Sequence record: PV805633.1
Strand: one strand, 5' to 3'
Source of the DNA: a phage
Length of the DNA: 64,000 bases
The translations under genes and the position numbers were made by a program. The notes under the pieces are model-generated. The model was not told the origin of the DNA, searched no databases, and was given only the letters and a program-made list of their open reading frames with translations. Shown here piece by piece: positions 59,855 to 64,000 of this stretch (its first letter is position 1; each line of letters opens with the position of its first letter).

Positions 59855-62395
59855 TCAGAACACAAAATCCAGTTGCATAAGCTGCTTCAACTGAATCTGC
59901 ACGGTACTATCCTGGGTTACTTCCGGAACAGTTAAGCCAGAAACACCGATTGCAAAGTCCGCAATGAACCCGGTAGTAGGATTCCTTACTATATCCGCCC
60001 CAGTACCCCCAGAACCTGTACTTGCAAACTGAGTCTGCTTAGAACCAAAAGCATTACCTGTACCTGCAATAACTAGTTGCCATACACCCCTGCCGAGCGT
60101 ACCTGGAATACTCAAGCTACCTGAACCAGCAGCACGGAATATCTTGGTATTCTCATAGAACATACACTCTTGCAACGTGCAGGTACTTCTCTGCCCGGTA
60201 CTCAGTACCTGATTACCCTGGAAGCTAAAGTTAGTCTGGTCATTCAGAACGAAGTCGCAGAGCATGGATGCTTGCAACTGCACGTTCATATCCAGAGTGT
60301 TGGCATGTGCAATCAGGGACTTAGGAATGCCTCCAATACGATAACCGGGGGAGCGGTAGTTCAGGTTCAGCGTGTTCAGTTGCTTAATACTGTTACCCAC
60401 CAGCTTAACGGTTTGCCCACGATATACTTCAGTTGCGTTGGTGCCGGCGTTAATCATGACACCTTCTGCTTTATTGCTGGCGGTTAAGCACTTAAGCACT
60501 ACAGTATTATGACTTACGTCAATATCCTGGTACACCTGGTATGCGCTATCGCCACCTCCAGTTGATATAGCTACCCCATCAAAAGCTCTAAGCTCGCAAT
60601 AGTTGTTGTGAATCTTAACAAAGGGGTTCGGATACGTCGCTGCCGTAGCCTCCCCACCCCCACCTACATCGATGCTGCGGGTGTACCTGCCGCCCGCAAG
60701 CGGACCGGTACTGGTACTATCCGGAATATCCCTGGAGCGCACATAGTTGTTAGAGATTATGAGGTTATATGGTTCATAGTTTGGGTGCCAGCCTGAACCA
60801 CATTTAGCGTAGATACCGACTACGCCATGCTCCAGGCAGAAGTTATCAGTGATAATTAACTGACCCCCACCGTGAAAATCGATGCATTTTCTACGGCAGT
60901 TAAAAACGAAATTGCGGCTGGCTGTTATGTTGCGTATTCTCCTGTTTCTACCATGTCCGATGCCATAGCCAGGGTCAAAGGATGCATTCAAATCATCAGC
61001 ACCGTTCGGGTGTCCGATGTTGCTAATTACATTATCAAAGTAGCCCATTTTGTAGCCACACAGAACACCTATACCGTTTGAGTAACAGTTGGTTATTGTG
61101 TTCTTTGAAATAATAATACCTTCTGGAACATCGCTTTCATTTGGGTAGTCCGCCATGTCCGGTGAGGCAATATTTCTTATGCCAATCCCAACACCTGCAT
61201 AGTTAAAGCCAGATATCTTACACCTTTCAACGGTTATATTTTTACAAGCTCTTTGAATCTTAACACCGCAACTCCAGCTGCCAATATACCCGCCAAGAAA
61301 AGTACCCCAACTGCTTTGGTAGCTTCCTGTTGGATTACCCGCACTGTCATAGGATGGGAATTGTCCGGACACCTCATTAAATGCCCCTGTGTTATAACTA
61401 GAGGTATCAACTGAGTTATTTGGTCCCAACACATTAACTCCACCGGCTGTATTGTAGCCAAATCGAGATTCTCCTTTCTCTGCATAACCAGTAGGCGCAT
61501 CTATAGCAGGGAACTTGTTAGGGCCACGCACTGTTACAGACACAGTCACGTTCCGGCAATTTACAAGGGCAAGCCCATCCAGTCCGTGCGTATTCACAAT
61601 TATAGTGCCGTTGGAGATACGAATACCTTCCTTATTTACCAGTGCCAGACACGGACTGTAGTTACGTGTACCGTCGCTGAAGTCAGGCTCAGTAGGGTAC
61701 GTAGAAGCCAGTGCAGGATTTTTCGAACTAAATACGTCTTCCCGCCTAAATCAATATCTCCAGTGGTGGCGTCGAAACATGCCTGCACTGCCAACGTATC
61801 GTCGGCAACGCCATCACCAACCGCCCCCCCATCCACGTGGATCGCCATTATCACGCCAGCGAGCCATTTGTAGTTCGGGGTATTTTGTTGCACCTTCAGG
61901 GTCTGAAATCTGTCCTCGTAGTACCGCATCCCCAACACTCACCCAAGCACCCAGACCAACGCCACCAGAAGTTTCGGGGGTTGAATCAGCAGGAACCTCT
62001 TTAGGTAATGCTCCATCCCAACGGTACTTACCATCAGTGAATACAACCAGTTCATTCTTAGTATTAACTGTTACACCAGTAGCAAATGAACCAGGTAGGG
62101 TTACATACTCTTCACGAGCAACAGCCAGTGCACCTAAGTCCACACTACCAGCAGAATGAACTAATACTCCAGCAGGGCTAAGACTTACAGCAGTAACCCC
62201 TGAACCAATATCAGCAGGTAAGGAATAAGCACGCTGTGACGCTTTGTCATAAATGACTTTGTAACCAGTAAGCAGAGCACCCACTGAGAAGTAAACAACT
62301 TCCGATTGTTTAACCCCAAAGTGACGGGCTACTGCTTGTTTGTTGGTTAATATTCCGGTTGATCCTCTTCCACCTTGTGAGAATAATTCGTTCAT
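59855..62395 (-). CDS. tail spike with pectate-lyase-like beta-helix; apparently one gene split into three ORFs by two frame changes
   Basis: ORFs 61814..62395, 61636..61938 and 59855..61597 overlap in different frames; junctions near the T5 run at about 61719-61723 and in the 61815-61860 region; 59855 ORF frame stays open upstream of its GTG start. Confidence 0.45.
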
Positions 62396-62422
62396 GTAAA
62401 CCTCTTTGTTTTTCTATAAGAA

Positions 62423-62440
62423 ACTGCCCCGAAGGGCAGT
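62423..62440 (-). terminator. rho-independent terminator
   Basis: Minus strand reads ACTGCCC-TTCG-GGGCAGT followed by TTTCTTAT. Confidence 0.5.
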
Positions 62441-62444
62441 CTGT

Positions 62445-64000
62445 TTAGCCAATGGACATACGGGAGTTAGCGAAATCATACGCATCTTGCTTTTTAGCAA
62501 ACTGCGTTACGAAGTAGTCGCTGATACGAATTACACACCCGTTCGTTGACTGCAACTTAAGACGGCAAGTTCCTGCTGTTGCCGCCTGTCCTACACCGAA
62601 AGTATGCACCCATTCTCCTGGTGATGTGTATAGCCCCCCAAGAGGTACAGAATCCGCAATAGATGCCGTAACATCACCACTTACCAGTTTAAGACTGCAC
62701 CCCCATACAATCTGATAATACTGCGCTATGTTAGCCACTGGTTCACTCAAGAATAGGGTATATCCGGCAGGTATTACTAACTGAGCGCAAGTATCGCTTA
62801 ACACACCGTCAGTAACCGATGTGGCGTCTACGGTGCTCGTCCCGACAAACGCCCACGGCCCGCTCCCTGAAAAAGATTGTGAGTTTAGTACCGTACCAGT
62901 ATGTGGGCGCTTTATTCTTCCGTTCAGCTTTGTACCACGAAGTGACAAATCCAGGTTACTGGCCACAGTGGATGAAACACTCGCCACAGATTCAACGTGA
63001 ACCTTATCGCCGACGTAGCCACCTACGATAAGGTCGTGCGCAATAATCTGGCTTCCGTCGTCAACATTGATACTATACACACCAGTCGCGGCATCAAACC
63101 TACAGTTTTTTGCCACCAGGGTAGAGCTTATCAGCTCAATATTGTTAAAATGGCACCCTTCCGCAACAGTTACCGGAACATTCTCTATTTTTAACTGTCT
63201 CGGGGTTTGCGGAACCCCGTCAACAGTTACTGTGTCTGCGGTGGCTACCAATTCGAACCATACGTTGCTGATAGTGGGCGGTACGACAGGAGCCAATCCA
63301 TTGCCTTTAAAATAAATACCGCCACCAGGGCATGCCTCAATGATACAGTCACGAATTGCTATGCCGTCAAGACCACCACCAGGAGCAGGACCTCCGACAG
63401 CGCCATTAAGGTAAATGCTGTACGTATTAATTCCTGCAAAATGGCAATCCCTCCATGTATCAGCCCCGACATGCATGCCTGGGTCTGATACCGCCATATG
63501 GCCGTAATTACACGCCAGATAGCTACAGTGTTGGTACGTGTTGCCGATGTTTCCTTTCGGCTTGTAAAATCCAATATCAAGACCGTCAAAGGCAATATCC
63601 CTAAAGTTCCATCGGCCATCAAGATTAGATGATCCAAAAGCTATGCCTGTACCAACAGGGGTGGTTATGTCCCCTTCGATGAGGAAGTTCTGGGCGTGCC
63701 GATACTGCCACAGGCGGGAAGACTCGGTTAGAGTTAAACTTGTTTCCCCGGAGGATGGTTTAAATTTTACCTGATAACCAGTACCAATTATGTTGGCATT
63801 TCCCGATGTGTATTGCCCCGTGTAAGTACCAGGAGTGACCAGGAGATCATCTCGCCATCCAGTTGCATCAATAGCATCCTGTAAGTCTAAGTAATTACCA
63901 GAATGTTTAATATCATCAAGATTGTCAGCAACAGTTCTCGTCCCATGACCAACGGATGCAGAACCAGTTGTCTGTGAATAGAAGTCCTTAACTTCAGCGA
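62445..64000 (-). CDS. second beta-helix tail fiber/spike protein, 5-prime partial (runs off window)
   Basis: ORF track 62445..63497; frame stays open upstream of that Met for at least about 70 codons. Confidence 0.45.
   Translation of the reverse strand, partial: AEVKDFYSQTTGSASVGHGTRTVADNLDDIKHSGNYLDLQDAIDATGWRDDLLVTPGTYTGQYTSGNANIIGTGYQVKFKPSSGETSLTLTESSRLWQYRHAQNFLIEGDITTPVGTGIAFGSSNLDGRWNFRDIAFDGLDIGFYKPKGNIGNTYQHCSYLACNYGHMAVSDPGMHVGADTWRDCHFAGINTYSIYLNGAVGGPAPGGGLDGIAIRDCIIEACPGGGIYFKGNGLAPVVPPTISNVWFELVATADTVTVDGVPQTPRQLKIENVPVTVAEGCHFNNIELISSTLVAKNCRFDAATGVYSINVDDGSQIIAHDLIVGGYVGDKVHVESVASVSSTVASNLDLSLRGTKLNGRIKRPHTGTVLNSQSFSGSGPWAFVGTSTVDATSVTDGVLSDTCAQLVIPAGYTLFLSEPVANIAQYYQIVWGCSLKLVSGDVTASIADSVPLGGLYTSPGEWVHTFGVGQAATAGTCRLKLQSTNGCVIRISDYFVTQFAKKQDAYDFANSRMSIG

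Noticed and set aside
58408-62395. Programmed ribosomal frameshifting as the main explanation for the broken lysis and tail genes
   Set aside because: Too many independent sites, several at long homopolymers, with no slippery heptamer or downstream structure; consensus error or pseudogenes are more parsimonious, though untested
62819-63637. Plus- and minus-strand small ORFs inside the second tail fiber gene
   Set aside because: Embedded in a long open minus-strand frame with beta-helix repeats
1-64000. CRISPR array, rRNA or integrase/transposase signatures
   Set aside because: No regularly spaced direct repeats, no rRNA-like conserved blocks, no recognisable recombinase motifs

Overview
This window reads as most of an N4-like (Schitoviridae) podovirus genome, called from gene content and order alone; no database search was run. 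Bases 1-32964 are a plus-strand early/middle block: three hairpin promoters of the N4 virion-RNA-polymerase type, a split T7-like RNA polymerase II, small early proteins, a MoxR-like ATPase with a VWA partner, nucleotide-metabolism genes, rIIA/rIIB, and a replication module (helicase, family-A DNA polymerase, nuclease, primase-like, SSB-like, RuvC-like resolvase). Bases 32965-34497 are a hairpin-rich stretch with no ORF of 60 aa or more. Bases 34770-64000 are a minus-strand late block: a 3754-aa virion RNA polymerase with T7-like motifs A/B/C, virion proteins, major capsid, portal, a lysis cassette with embedded spanins, and beta-helix tail spikes running off the window end. The strongest candidate for something new is an ~806-nt putative group I intron carrying an HNH homing endonuclease, inserted exactly in catalytic motif B of the RNA polymerase II large-subunit gene. 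A second pattern matters for interpretation: at least four genes (endolysin, a virion protein, a tail spike, the intron endonuclease) are broken by single-base frame changes, three at runs of 5 or more identical bases, which most likely reflects consensus indel errors but could be real pseudogenes or recoding. Coordinates of hairpins and re-assigned starts were indexed by hand and may be off by 1-2 nt. No CRISPR array or rRNA was found; tRNA T-arm-like motifs are present but I could not fold a canonical tRNA.
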